Assembly: GCA_964016885.1 (NCBI GenBank)
Contig: OZ024745.1
Location: 113,956,001-114,020,000 of the forward strand
Origin: Eledone cirrhosa
Taxonomy: Eukaryota
Direction of reading: 5' to 3'
DNA length: 64,000 nt
Shown here: positions 1 through 11,652 of the stretch, one piece after another
Numbering within the stretch: the first letter of the stretch is position 1
How the letters are laid out: the number at the start of each line of letters is the position of its first letter
Notes under the pieces: generated by a model
What the model was told of the DNA's origin: nothing
Database searches by the model: none
The model's input: the letters and a program-made list of their open reading frames with translations, nothing else
Program-made: the position numbers and the translations under genes

Positions 1-178
1 GATGGCGCTCTCTGCGGCGTTCTCGACCGAACAGACAGGTGAAGATGGACACGAAATATCAGGCAACAATCAGCCGACGACGGTCCAATCAGCCATCAAG
101 CAGAGGGTCGACAGTCGGTTTAGCGGTATCGCAGCTAAAACAACAACATCCTCTGAAGATATGCTAACGATAACGTTT
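1..178 (+). other. Possible exon end (unique, GC/CpG-richer sequence ending at a GTATGT donor-like site)
   Basis: Frame 2 is open from 2 to 178 (…EDMLTITF) and is followed by GTATGT at 179-184. Frame 3 is also open to about 165. No recognisable domain; truncated by the window edge. Confidence 0.2.
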
Positions 179-198
179 GTATGTTTATCTCTTACAAA

Positions 199-1083
<885 letters not shown>

Positions 1084-1689
1084 GTGTATAAAGAACTGTA
1101 CAAGACAGATAAGGAAATAAGTGAACAACCAAAATAATAGAAAATGGAAGAAAGATATGCGGAGTGTCTGTGTAAAGAATGGCACAATACAGAGAGGCGG
1201 GGGGGGGGGAGACGAGATAGGAACGGGTAGAATTGAAAGAAGGCTTCCGGAATAAAAAGAAAGAAATGACAATAAAATTTCAAAACAAAAATGATTGCTA
1301 TACAACTGAAACATCTAATAAAACGATACGAAAGAAATATCATCAAACTGCAGTATAATGATGAACAATTAAATATACATAAAGTAGGCTATTCAGAAGT
1401 ATTTTCCGTGTAAAATAAATGCATAGTTAATATATAGTTTATTTGGTAATCAATAGTAATGCCAACAGTAATAGGAAGAAAATGGAGTCTAAACATAAAG
1501 GGATGAAAAAGGAAAACGTAAGAAAAGTATTACAATAGTAATTGTGTAAGTAGTTGCACGACTTGTCTTCTTATAATGTCACATTTCCGAACGCCTGAAA
1601 TATTTACATAAACATTTAAATTAATAAGGATAATTCTTTCTAATATAAGCACAAGCCCAGAGATTTTGGAGAAAGTGTTAGTCGATTAG

Positions 1690-1757
<68 letters not shown>

Positions 1758-1796
1758 CCAAAAGTCAGGTCAAAAGTATATATATATATATATATA

Positions 1797-2060
1797 GTCC
1801 CAAAAGTCAGCTAAAAAGTGACACAGGGGAGAGTGAGTTTAGCTGGACATGCTCACCGACATCCAGAGTTAACATTGCACTCAGTGCTCCTGTGGGATCC
1901 CCTACATGGACACACTGGAAGAGGAAGACCAAGGTTAACGTATGTTGATGCCCTAAGGACAGACACTGGTCTGTTGGAGACGCAGGACATGGCAGCGATA
2001 ATGAGGGACAGAGACCGCTGGAGAGAACTCGTCCAGGGATCTCGGGAATTTTACCCGTCC
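1797..2060 (+). mobile_element. RTE-clade LINE 3' end fragment inserted in (TA)n
   Basis: ORF 1818-2081 reads LAGHAHRH..VLLWDP.HG..GRGRPRLTYVDAL..DTGL...MRDRDRWRELV, a typical RTE ORF C-terminus. (TA)n lies on both sides, and gtcccaaaagtcag is duplicated at 1755-1768. Confidence 0.8.
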
Positions 2061-2320
2061 TATATATATATATATAAGTAAAAATTAGCGAGAATCGAAC
2101 TTCAGCTCAGGAATTAACGAAAAACACTTCCGAGTTGTGTGGCAAGCGCTCGATAATTCATATGAATTAGAGCTTACAACTTACGTTAAAGGCCAAACAC
2201 ACTGAGATGGTGGTTAAACTAAACATCCGCACAGCGAAAATTCGACCGCCTAATTCGGATCAAACAGATATACAAATATAAAAATATATAAAAATATAAA
2301 TGGTTGAAAATATATATATA

Positions 2321-2610
2321 GTTATAATTTGGTAGGGTCTTTCTGCCAATAAAAAAACAGACGCATCTGCAGTTTCACTTCAATTTATTATTAAACAAAC
2401 AGAGGGAAGTAGGGGCAAAAAGTAACAACGAAAGTAGTTACAGAAAAGGTCACAGAATGTGTGACGAAAGAGTTTCGACAATCAGCAAATAAACAACCAT
2501 ACAGTTATCAAAATAACCGACTGGGAAATTATAATAAATTGAAGAGAAACCCAAGAGGTGCGTGTGTATTTTATTATTTTATTAGCAGCATGACCCTCCC
2601 AAACTATAAC
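2321..2610. mobile_element. MITE-like element with imperfect ~70-80 bp terminal inverted repeats
   Basis: The left end gttataatttggtagggtc…ttcaatttattat matches the reverse complement of the right end ataataaattgaag…gaccctcccaaactataac. The same terminus recurs near 27860-27882 and 63851-63872. Confidence 0.65.
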
Positions 2611-2699
2611 AATATCTGTTTCAACACACTTTTACGGATAAAATCAACTTACAAATACAAAAACGAAATATTTATATTTATATATATATATATATATAT

Positions 2700-2859
2700 A
2701 ACGAAGGAAATGTGGTAAGGAACCAGGTGGACCATAACGCACCAAAGTACTCAATACTTAGGGTAGTAGAGTGGGTAATAGGAACGAGTAGGACCTTTTC
2801 GACGGCTAATTCTGAATTCGAAACGGCTTGAGCTCAGCCGTCGGGGTCCTACTCGTTCC

Positions 2860-2860
<1 letters not shown>
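2700..2860. mobile_element. (TA)n-embedded fold-back element, family B, copy 1
   Basis: acgaaggaaatgtggtaaggaaccagg… with an inverted short arm ending …ctactcgttcct. Near-identical to the copies at 9927 and 47899. Confidence 0.8.
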
Positions 2861-2894
<34 letters not shown>

Positions 2895-2911
2895 GCACCC
2901 ACTGACACATA

Positions 2912-3050
2912 ACTGGCACTTCGTCGGTTACGAGGACGAGGGCTTTAGTTGGTACGATCAAGGGAATAGTTGGCTGCTGAAATTAACGTGCAAATGGCTG
3001 AGCATTCCACAAACATGCGTCACCTTAATGTATTTCTCAGGGAAATTCAA
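2912..3050 (+). mobile_element. Fragment of an abundant octopus-type SINE body
   Basis: actggcacttcgtcggttacg…gaaattaacgtgcaaatggctgagcattccaca resembles a cephalopod SINE body recalled from memory, not database-checked. Confidence 0.5.
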
Positions 3051-4359
3051 AATGCGTGCTTATTTAGTGGTTAGCAGATGTCCCTCGTTTTTATAAAACA
3101 ATTTTATATACCCCATAAAAATGAATAGCAATGATGTCTTCGGGGGGATTTGAAACCGACACGTAGAGAGCCATAACAAAACACATTTCATATGCATTTC
3201 ATCTGAAGTACTAACTATTGTCTATTCAACAGAATATCGATCATCAAATAATAAGCGTTTACTAAATAGCAAATATATTAATTGAATAGAAACAGTTAAT
3301 AGAATTTCTAAAATAAGATGAGGTTATGTGCCATGAATGAGGAGTGTTCTGATATTTCGAGCCTAACAATTCTTTAAAGAAAAAAAAGGGCTTCCCATTT
3401 TATAATTTAACCCAATTTCAGGTGCCTGACATATAGAGAGTGTCATATTTAAGGCAATCGATAGAATTTTGGTTAGTTGCTTTAATGATTGCCGAATGGC
3501 TTTACGCAATTGCTTTGAATAACCCATATCACTTAGTAGAGTAAATAGATACTAAAATAGAGGCGGCTAAAGGCATCAATATTACCAAGGAATATATCAT
3601 CATAAGCTTTAAGGTCAGAATTTCAAATATTTTGATAGAATAAAAACTTCTGAAAAAAAGAATGCGTGCTTATTTAGTGGTTAGTAGCTGTTCCTCATTC
3701 TTATAAGATAATGAATGATATACGAAAGTCCATTCGTCTATACTAGGGCGCTTCATAGATGGAATTGATATCCAAAGGATGTGAAAGCCTCAGCTGAAAT
3801 AAAATTCAATGAATAATCGTTTCTTTTCATATCTCGTTTTAATTACATTTTAAGAAAAAGATAAACGGGATTTGATATTGATAGGTTTGAGTTATTTCAC
3901 TGATCCTCGCTTTCTCTTTTCTTGCTGTGTCCCAGCTCAAGTAAGCTAATTGGGAAATATATCCATTATCTCACCAAGAGAAGTACATTACTATTGAAAA
4001 AGAAGAAAAGTTTAAAACCCAATGTTTGAGAGACGGAAACATGATATACTTGGCTATTACGGAAACAGAATTTTAAATAGACGGAAACAGAATTTTAAAA
4101 AAAATGTTAGACGCTTAACTCCCATTTAATTTATTTTAAGAAACAACAGAGCCATTTCTCTCCTTAGGTACAGGAATGCATATTATTTCATCAATTCTAT
4201 CAACTGTTATTTTTTCCGATGCAAATTTTCACTAGCTATATATATTATTTTACTACAATTGTATATTGAGCCAATGAACGTTTCGGCTCCTCATCCACGA
4301 ATATGTATAGGTGAGTTAGTTGTATTTTATTTTTTTATAGTAATCATAAATATATATAT

Positions 4360-4665
4360 AAAGAAAAAAAGATGAAATCGAAAATGCAACTGGAGTCTTA
4401 TTTTAAAAAAATATATATATATATATTTATTTGGTTCCTTTACCGGTTTCGCAGTTCTTCTGCTTTTCAAAAGTAGAGTTGAGAGGGAGGGTCTGTGGTT
4501 TTTCTCACGCAGAAGAACTGCGAAACCGGTAAAGGAACCAAATAAATATATATATATATATTTTTAAATCAGACTCCAGTTGCATTTTCAATTTCATCTT
4601 TTTTTCTTTATACTTTCACTCGTGTAGGTGGTTATTTTTCATTTTGTAAAAAAAACCTCACTTTC

Positions 4666-4670
<5 letters not shown>
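4360..4670. mobile_element. (TA)n-embedded fold-back element, family A (Penelope-like pLTR-type), copy 1
   Basis: Arm 4361-4463 is inverted relative to the arm starting at about 4509. Homologous to 32198-32488 and 52038-52164. Contains a hammerhead-like fold. Confidence 0.75.
4438..4473 (-). ncRNA. Minimal type I hammerhead ribozyme-like motif, U3:A8 variant core
   Basis: Minus strand reads CUU-UUGAAAA-GCAG(aagaa)CUGC-GAAA-CCGG-UA-AAG: 3-bp stem I, 4-bp stem II, palindromic ACCGGU stem III, GUA site. Confidence 0.55.
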
Positions 4671-4719
<49 letters not shown>

Positions 4720-4864
4720 CTAGGGGAATAGCAGTGGAGAGAGCGTTTGTTGGTTTTCGGGGCCTCGACCGATACGGGACGGGATGTTATTTGAATGTTT
4801 GTCTATCATGACATTTCAGCGGGCCTTAGAATGCTTGGCGGTGTCCATCCCTCTCTCAGTTTAG

Positions 4865-5130
4865 CCTGCCAGTAGAAGCAGTTTCCAGGTTGTAGCTGAA
4901 GAAGTTTTCAGAGACAAAATTGAGAGTCAGGTGAGAACCAATATACCTTTATTACATGGTTTCTGGTAGAACGACTTTGATTTATGTAGCCACAAGGAAT
5001 CCTTCCATCGTAACTTTGAGTCTTGTGCTTCTTCACCAGAATTTTTGGTTTTCTTTGTTTTTCCCAAACATTAGGCACGTAAGATCTTTTCTTTCCTTTG
5101 CTAAGCATGGCATTTTGTAGTCCCATTTTT
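4865..5130 (-). mobile_element. Highly decayed Dong/R4-type LINE fragment (region before the CCHC knuckle)
   Basis: Frameshifted translation W*RSTRLKVTMEGFLVAT / NQSRSTRNH…SQFCL…ETA.LLAG resembles the R4/Dong motif W....LK..TEGF..A.QDQ...TRNY…C..C…ET..H....C. Confidence 0.5.
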
Positions 5131-6400
5131 AGTTTAGTTTTGAGCTTTTTTTACATTATCCCACCCATCTCTCTCGTTTCAGCGTTTTTATTTGTTTACA
5201 TTTGTTTCTTTTTTAACTGTCTAAAATATTTCTTTGTTTTGTTCGTGTTTTGTAGCCTTACAGTAGATATAATAGATGTCGACTTGTATAAGGTCTCTAC
5301 CTCCTCGTACTTGTAGAAAATATATTTCTATGTCAGATTTGAGATGTCATTTAAATGCAGTCATTAGTTTTCTTGTTTTTCTGTCTAGTTCTGCTAATTT
5401 ACTTAACGTTTAGTTAACTATAACGTATCCCTAACATAGTATTCCATATTACTACATTGCTAGTGTTTGTCTCTGTTTTAGGCATTAATCATTTACCCCA
5501 ATAATATTCCTGATTAAACGTTTTGTTTTTTTAGTTCATCGATCTGTTTAGTTCATTGATCTGTTTAGTTGATTGATATGTTTAGTTCATTAATATGTTT
5601 AGTTCATTGATATGTTTAGTCTGCCCTTTGTCAGTCATCAGTTTTATTTTTTCATCTCTATTTTATTTTATATTGTAAATTCGTGAACCCTGATATGGTT
5701 TTAATGTTTTTGTATTTTCAAGTTCTTCACTATCACGCTTAGGGCTTCAATTATTATTGACACTGTTGTTACATGCATACTAATTATTTCTATTTTAAGA
5801 TGCTTACATCTTGATAGTTTATCAACGCTCTCAGCTTAGAGTTCTGATTAAAAGAGATCGAAAAGTTTCGATATTCAAGTTTATATACTAGTCAATCAGA
5901 AGACGTATGGTATGTCCTTCTTACCTTATATAGTACATATGTAAATAACTTCTCCATTTACACATCGTTATGACGAGATATATCTGTGGATATATTCTGG
6001 CTATAGTTAAAAGTATTTTTTATTTATTAATTTATTTATTAAGCATCACGTCAATAGGGCGCAGAAAGCATGTATGATTCATTTGGTGTGATCTATGTGA
6101 AATGAAGTGAATCACCTGTAACTAGGTCTCGAAACCTGTACAGACGCACACGAATTGCCAACAACATACCACTTATTATTTATTCTATAATTTACAAATA
6201 ACACTTAAAATATAATCTTTATTGACTGAACGTGTTATTCCAAATATATCACACCATTGTTGTTTTATATATATATATATATATATTAAACAACAAAGGC
6301 AAAACAAATAGAACCAAGAATCGGGATATATATCTTAGCATTCCAGCCAGAATTTTTTCATGGTTGTTTTTCTTTCTATCTATGAAAAATGTCTATCTTT

Positions 6401-6435
<35 letters not shown>

Positions 6436-6525
6436 TTCTCTCTCACACACACACACTCTCACACACACAGATACATCCACACATATATATATATATACTG
6501 TATATATATACAAACACATACACCC

Positions 6526-6570
<45 letters not shown>

Positions 6571-6573
<3 letters not shown>

Positions 6574-6810
6574 TGGCTGCCAACTCGTTTTCGAATATAT
6601 CCATGTAGGAGAACTCCTACCGATGCGCTGAACGAGTGTGACTTTTTAGTCCAGCCAGTGACTTGAAAACTCTGGTACAAACACTACACTTGTGACAATT
6701 ACTGACACATAGTGCTGGGCCCATGGTACCATGTGATGACAAGTGCAGAGAGATCTCCAGATATAAAGCAATGCCTGTGCCGTGAAGCTTTTATAGTGAG
6801 CAAAGGCACC
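6571..6810 (-). mobile_element. 3' end of an RTE-clade element with a C-terminal C2H2 finger
   Basis: Minus strand encodes CSVCTRVFKSLAGLKSHTRSAHR* followed by the tail ttcgaaaacgagttggcagccacca. Homologous to about 49906-50158. Confidence 0.75.
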
Positions 6811-6859
6811 CTATATGCATGTGTATATGTGTGTTTATATATCTGTGTATATATATATA

Positions 6860-7074
6860 AAATAAAGTTAAATAAAAAGTCAAATGTTTAAAATTTAGCT
6901 TCGTTTATTACTGCTATATATATTTCAGTGGCAGCCATCTTTGGCTGTGACCACTTCAGGCAGTCCGAATTAGTGTGGTATAGACAAGTACATATGTTGT
7001 TGAGGTGTATAATTTTGTCAATACTCTGATATGTCCAGTTCCTTGTTAGGTTGTTATTTCTCTGAGGAACTGGA

Positions 7075-7078
<4 letters not shown>
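6860..7078 (-). mobile_element. (TA)n-embedded hammerhead-bearing element, family D, copy 1
   Basis: Reverse-complement match to 18679-18903; (TA)n on both flanks. Confidence 0.75.
6910..6964 (-). ncRNA. Degenerate type I hammerhead ribozyme (A9>U)
   Basis: ACUGC-CUGAAGU-GGUCACAGCC(aaagau)GGCUGCCACU-GAAA-UAUAUA-UA-GCAGU. Confidence 0.6.
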
Positions 7079-7116
<38 letters not shown>

Positions 7117-7119
<3 letters not shown>

Positions 7120-7159
7120 ACATGCACCTACATATAAATGTGTGTGAGTTTATATGCTT

Positions 7160-7211
<52 letters not shown>

Positions 7212-7251
7212 ACATGCACCTACATATAAATGTGTGTGTGTTTATATGCTT

Positions 7252-7297
<46 letters not shown>

Positions 7298-7337
7298 ATA
7301 TGCACCTACATATAAATGTGTGTGTGTTTATATGCTT

Positions 7338-7379
<42 letters not shown>

Positions 7380-7419
7380 ACATGCACCTACATATAAATG
7401 TGTGTGTGTTTATATTCTT

Positions 7420-7467
<48 letters not shown>

Positions 7468-7573
7468 AAGCATATAAACACACACACATTTATATGTAGG
7501 TGCATGTGTTTATATATATATATATATATAAACACATGCACCTACATATAAATGTGTGTGTGTTTATATGCTT

Positions 7574-7628
<55 letters not shown>

Positions 7629-7741
7629 TGCACCTACATATAAATGTGTGTGTGTTTATATGCTTGTTTATATATATATATATATATATATATAAACACA
7701 TGCACCTACATAAAAATGTGTGTGTGTTTATATGCTTGTTT
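7117..7741. repeat. Eight ~47-bp modules separated by (TA)n, one of them inverted
   Basis: aaacacatgcacctacatataaatgtgtgtgtgtttatatgcttgttt occurs 7 times in direct orientation, plus one reverse-complement copy at about 7463-7511. Confidence 0.9.
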
Positions 7742-7790
7742 ATATATATATATCTATATATACTCACACACACACACAAAGACACACACA

Positions 7791-7823
<33 letters not shown>

Positions 7824-8115
7824 TAACCTCCATCATTTTTTGTATTGTCAATAGTAATTGTATAGTTGTATAGATTACATTTTTTACTTTCGCCTTTTTA
7901 GCTGATTTGTAGTCATCACCAAACTGTTCTTTCAATGGAGCTTTCACAATTAATCTCACTTCACACTACTCGGTGAATTACAAAACTACCAATGTAGTTG
8001 TTCATTATCGCTATCTCCCTATCTTTCTAGGTTTCTATATTTGTCTAACTACCCTTAGCCACTCATTCTCCCCCTCAGTCTCTGCTCTGTCCTCCCATCT
8101 CTCTCTCTCACTCTC

Positions 8116-8168
<53 letters not shown>

Positions 8169-8305
8169 TTCTCTTTCTCTTATTTTTATATTTTGTTATT
8201 GCCTCCTCCTTATTGAGGACGCCTTTTTGTGTAAACTCCCCCCTTTGTACTTGTCCCACTTTTGATGCCCTGGTGGCAAATAAAAGAAACATATCTATTT
8301 CTCTT

Positions 8306-8365
<60 letters not shown>

Positions 8366-8574
8366 ACTCTTTCTCTCTCTCTCTCTCTTTCTGTATATAT
8401 GTATATACATATATATATATATGTGCGAGTGTGTATATATATATATGTGTGTATATGGTTATATATATATATATATATATGTGTGCGTGTGAATGGATTT
8501 CTTGTAATTTTGTACATACATATATATACGCACACACATGTATTTGTAGGTGCATGTGTTTATATATATGCGTT

Positions 8575-8654
<80 letters not shown>

Positions 8655-8694
8655 CATATACACACACGTACACACACACACACTTGCGCACACT

Positions 8695-8764
<70 letters not shown>

Positions 8765-9363
8765 CGTTTAATGAATATTATTTATATCTATGCGTTGCTC
8801 TTTGGTTATTTATATGTTTGGTGTGTTATAAGGAAGGTAATAGTCCTTACATAGACGAGAAAATGGCGATCCCTGATCTATCTGTATTCATCTCCCCTCT
8901 TTTTCTCCCTATCTACCCCCTCTCCCTCTCTCTCTCTCTCTATATATATATATCTGTGTGTGTGTGTGTGTGTGCGTTTGTGTCTGTGTGTGTGTTCAAA
9001 TCATTATACCGTATTTACGTAATTGTATCTGTGCCTGTGTATGTACCAACACTTGCGCTCACATATATGCGTACATAAGTATGCGATGGCAGTACTTGCC
9101 ACTGAAGATGGGTGTGTACATATAAACATAAGTGTTTTATTCACATTAAGACATTCGTCGCACCCATAAGTTATTAAGTGACAATTGTGAAGTAATTGTA
9201 TAGAGATTAAAATGTTATGAATGGTTAATGCAGTCGTACATATACACCTACATATATTTCTATTGGTAATATATGTACCATTGCACACATGCATACACAC
9301 ATATGCACACACAGATATGCACATTTATACACATATGTACGTGTGTGTATGTGTGTATGCGTG

Positions 9364-9473
<110 letters not shown>

Positions 9474-9487
9474 GTGTATATATATAT

Positions 9488-9870
9488 CACAGAAAAAAGA
9501 GAATCAGTGTTGCGACGAAAGGAATTTATTGGACATATTACAATTGTTTCTCGGACAACCAGCTCGAGGCACGATCGATGTTAAGATCAAACCTGACTCT
9601 GAAATCGCGCGGTCCTCGGATACGTCTCGATTCTACGAAGCAGATTTTCCTATTGTCCTTTAACATCGAATTCCTTCGTTTGTTGATTTAGATCCTCTTG
9701 TTGTCATTCCATGAGTGGTCAAGAATTTTACACGTCACCAGTATTTCTAGCCACCCATGTTTGCCCGCTATTTGCTTTTTCTTTTTTGTGATATCATACT
9801 CTGCTCTACGAGGGCATCGAGTGCTCATACGGCTTACCGCATACGGACGCTTTAAGCATCCAACACCAAT
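9488..9870. mobile_element. (TA)n-embedded element, family H, with partial inverted arms and a hammerhead 3' half
   Basis: The minus strand around 9520-9551 reads GAAA-CAAUUG-UA-auauguccAAUAAA. Short inverted matches exist: acgaaaggaatt/aattccttcgt, cgatgttaa/ttaacatcg, and the terminal atatcacagaaaaaag/cttttttgtgatat. Confidence 0.5.
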
Positions 9871-9890
9871 TATATATATATATATATATA

Positions 9891-9926
<36 letters not shown>

Positions 9927-9927
<1 letters not shown>

Positions 9928-10114
9928 CGAAGGAAATGTGGTAAGGAACCAGGTGGACCATAACGCACCAAAGTACTCAATACTTAGGGTAGTAGAGTGG
10001 GTAATAGGAACGAGTAGGACCCCGACGGCTGAGCTCAAGCCGTTTCGACGGCTAATTCTGGACTGAATTAGCCGTCGAAACGGCTTGAGCTCAGCCGTCG
10101 AGGTCCTACTCGTT

Positions 10115-10117
<3 letters not shown>
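9927..10117. mobile_element. (TA)n-embedded fold-back element, family B, copy 2
   Basis: Long arm 9927 to about 10064, inverted arm about 10066-10117, (TA)n flanks. Confidence 0.85.
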
Positions 10118-10176
<59 letters not shown>

Positions 10177-10837
10177 GGAAGCTTAGTAAAATCGAAGATT
10201 TGGCTGATGCCAAGCAAAATCGACCTAGAATTAGGAATGAGTGGCAAAGCACTCAATATGGGTAGGACCTTAGAGTAATAATATTACGTTTAGATAGCTT
10301 CACAAATTGAAAATTGTGGCAGGCAAAACCCAGCCATACAATATCATATGAATATACATATGAATGTTGATAAGAAGTAGTACTAACAGCCTGGTTCCTA
10401 ATAGTGATGTATATGAAAGCATATACGTCATGCTCTTGGATAATAAACATGGAAGAGTCTCACTAACAATTATCAGTTATATATACGGATCTCGCGTTTA
10501 CATCCACAATGTAGTTTCTTGATCCATTGACCAAGAATGGCTAAACTCACTGACTATTCTCCCGATACTTTAATCTTAACGGAATCTTCTGGCAGAGCGA
10601 GTGTGTCACGTTGTGTAACAAGGCTGAGTTTTCGAAATATAAATAGTGAGAAAAGTACTTTGAACAGACTAGTTCAGAAAAAGAATAATTGGTACAGTTA
10701 AAACTAGGTTTACGTTATTGACTGAGGCTTGGAATACATCTGAGGCAAATAATGCATGTATGTATGTATGTATGTATGTATGTATGTATGTATGTATGTA
10801 TGTATGTATGTATGTATGTATGTATGTATGTATGTAT

Positions 10838-11452
10838 CTTTTATGGAGAGTTAGTTAAAGGAAAACGACCGCCACATAAACCAAAAATGAGGTATAAGGA
10901 TTCCTTGAAAGAATCTTTGAAAGACGCTAACATCTCTGCTGATACATGGGAAAATATTGCCGCTGATCGTAATAAATGGAGAAAGAGTGTATATGAGGGA
11001 AAAGTTGCCCTTGAGGCATCTCGAATCGCATACGAGAAAGTAAAGCGGGATGTGAGGAAGGGCATTGCTGTTGCACTTCCTGACGGCGAGGGTCCTCCTA
11101 TGGTGCTGACATGCAGCGTCTGTGCGAGACTCTGCCTAAGCAAAGCTGGACTCGAAAGTCATCTTCACAGTCATAAAGTAAGACCAGTGGTTGACTACCA
11201 GGCTGCTGTTCGAGATGCTACTCATCATGCTTGCCAAGCATATGGTAGAGAATGTAAATCAGCAGGAGGGCTCAAACGACATGCAAAAGTACATGAACTC
11301 CAACTACAGCCAGCTATTCCCAGTGAATGTTTTGGTTGCCGACTCTGTGCAAGACATTTTAGATCATTGACTGGGCTAAAAAGCCACATTCGATGGCAGT
11401 GCTGTTAGTTGCTATCGTGTGTGTGTGTGTATAGATATGTTTATGTGTGTGC

Positions 11453-11502
<50 letters not shown>

Positions 11503-11630
11503 TATTATTGTTGTTGTTGTCGTTATTATTATTGTTATTATTATTATTATTATTGTTATTAAGATATATGTATATTTTTTTTTTTCTCGTGCAATGGCCA
11601 TACTCGATAACGAGGGGGCAGCCATCATCA
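10838..11630 (+). mobile_element. 5'-truncated RTE-clade LINE with three C-terminal zinc fingers, inserted in (TATG)n
   Basis: IFYGELVKGKR..HKPKMRYKDSLK…WENIAADRNKWR is the RTE C-terminus. It is followed by CSVC..H..H, a C>Y-mutated finger, and CRLC..SHIR. The 3' tail tggccatactcgataacgagggggcagccatcat lies at about 11595-11628. Confidence 0.85.
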
Positions 11631-11652
11631 TGTATGGATGTATGTATGTATG

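Noticed and set aside
3051-3706. ~46-bp direct repeat at 3051 and 3662 as LTRs or a TSD
   Set aside because: The copies are diverged, lack TG..CA ends and enclose no coding sequence; probably a local duplication or dispersed repeat fragment.
4268-4300. Minus-strand ggatgaggagccgaaacgttc as a hammerhead
   Set aside because: The core lacks CUGA, stem II is 2 bp and there is no stem I pairing.
7117-7741. CRISPR-like repeat-spacer pattern (also at 46892-47590)
   Set aside because: The spacers are only (TA)n or (CT)n of variable length.
10066-10100. Complete hammerhead in family B
   Set aside because: Only a GAAA-CGGC-UU half is present. None of the five copies has a CUGANGA strand, and stem III is not palindromic.
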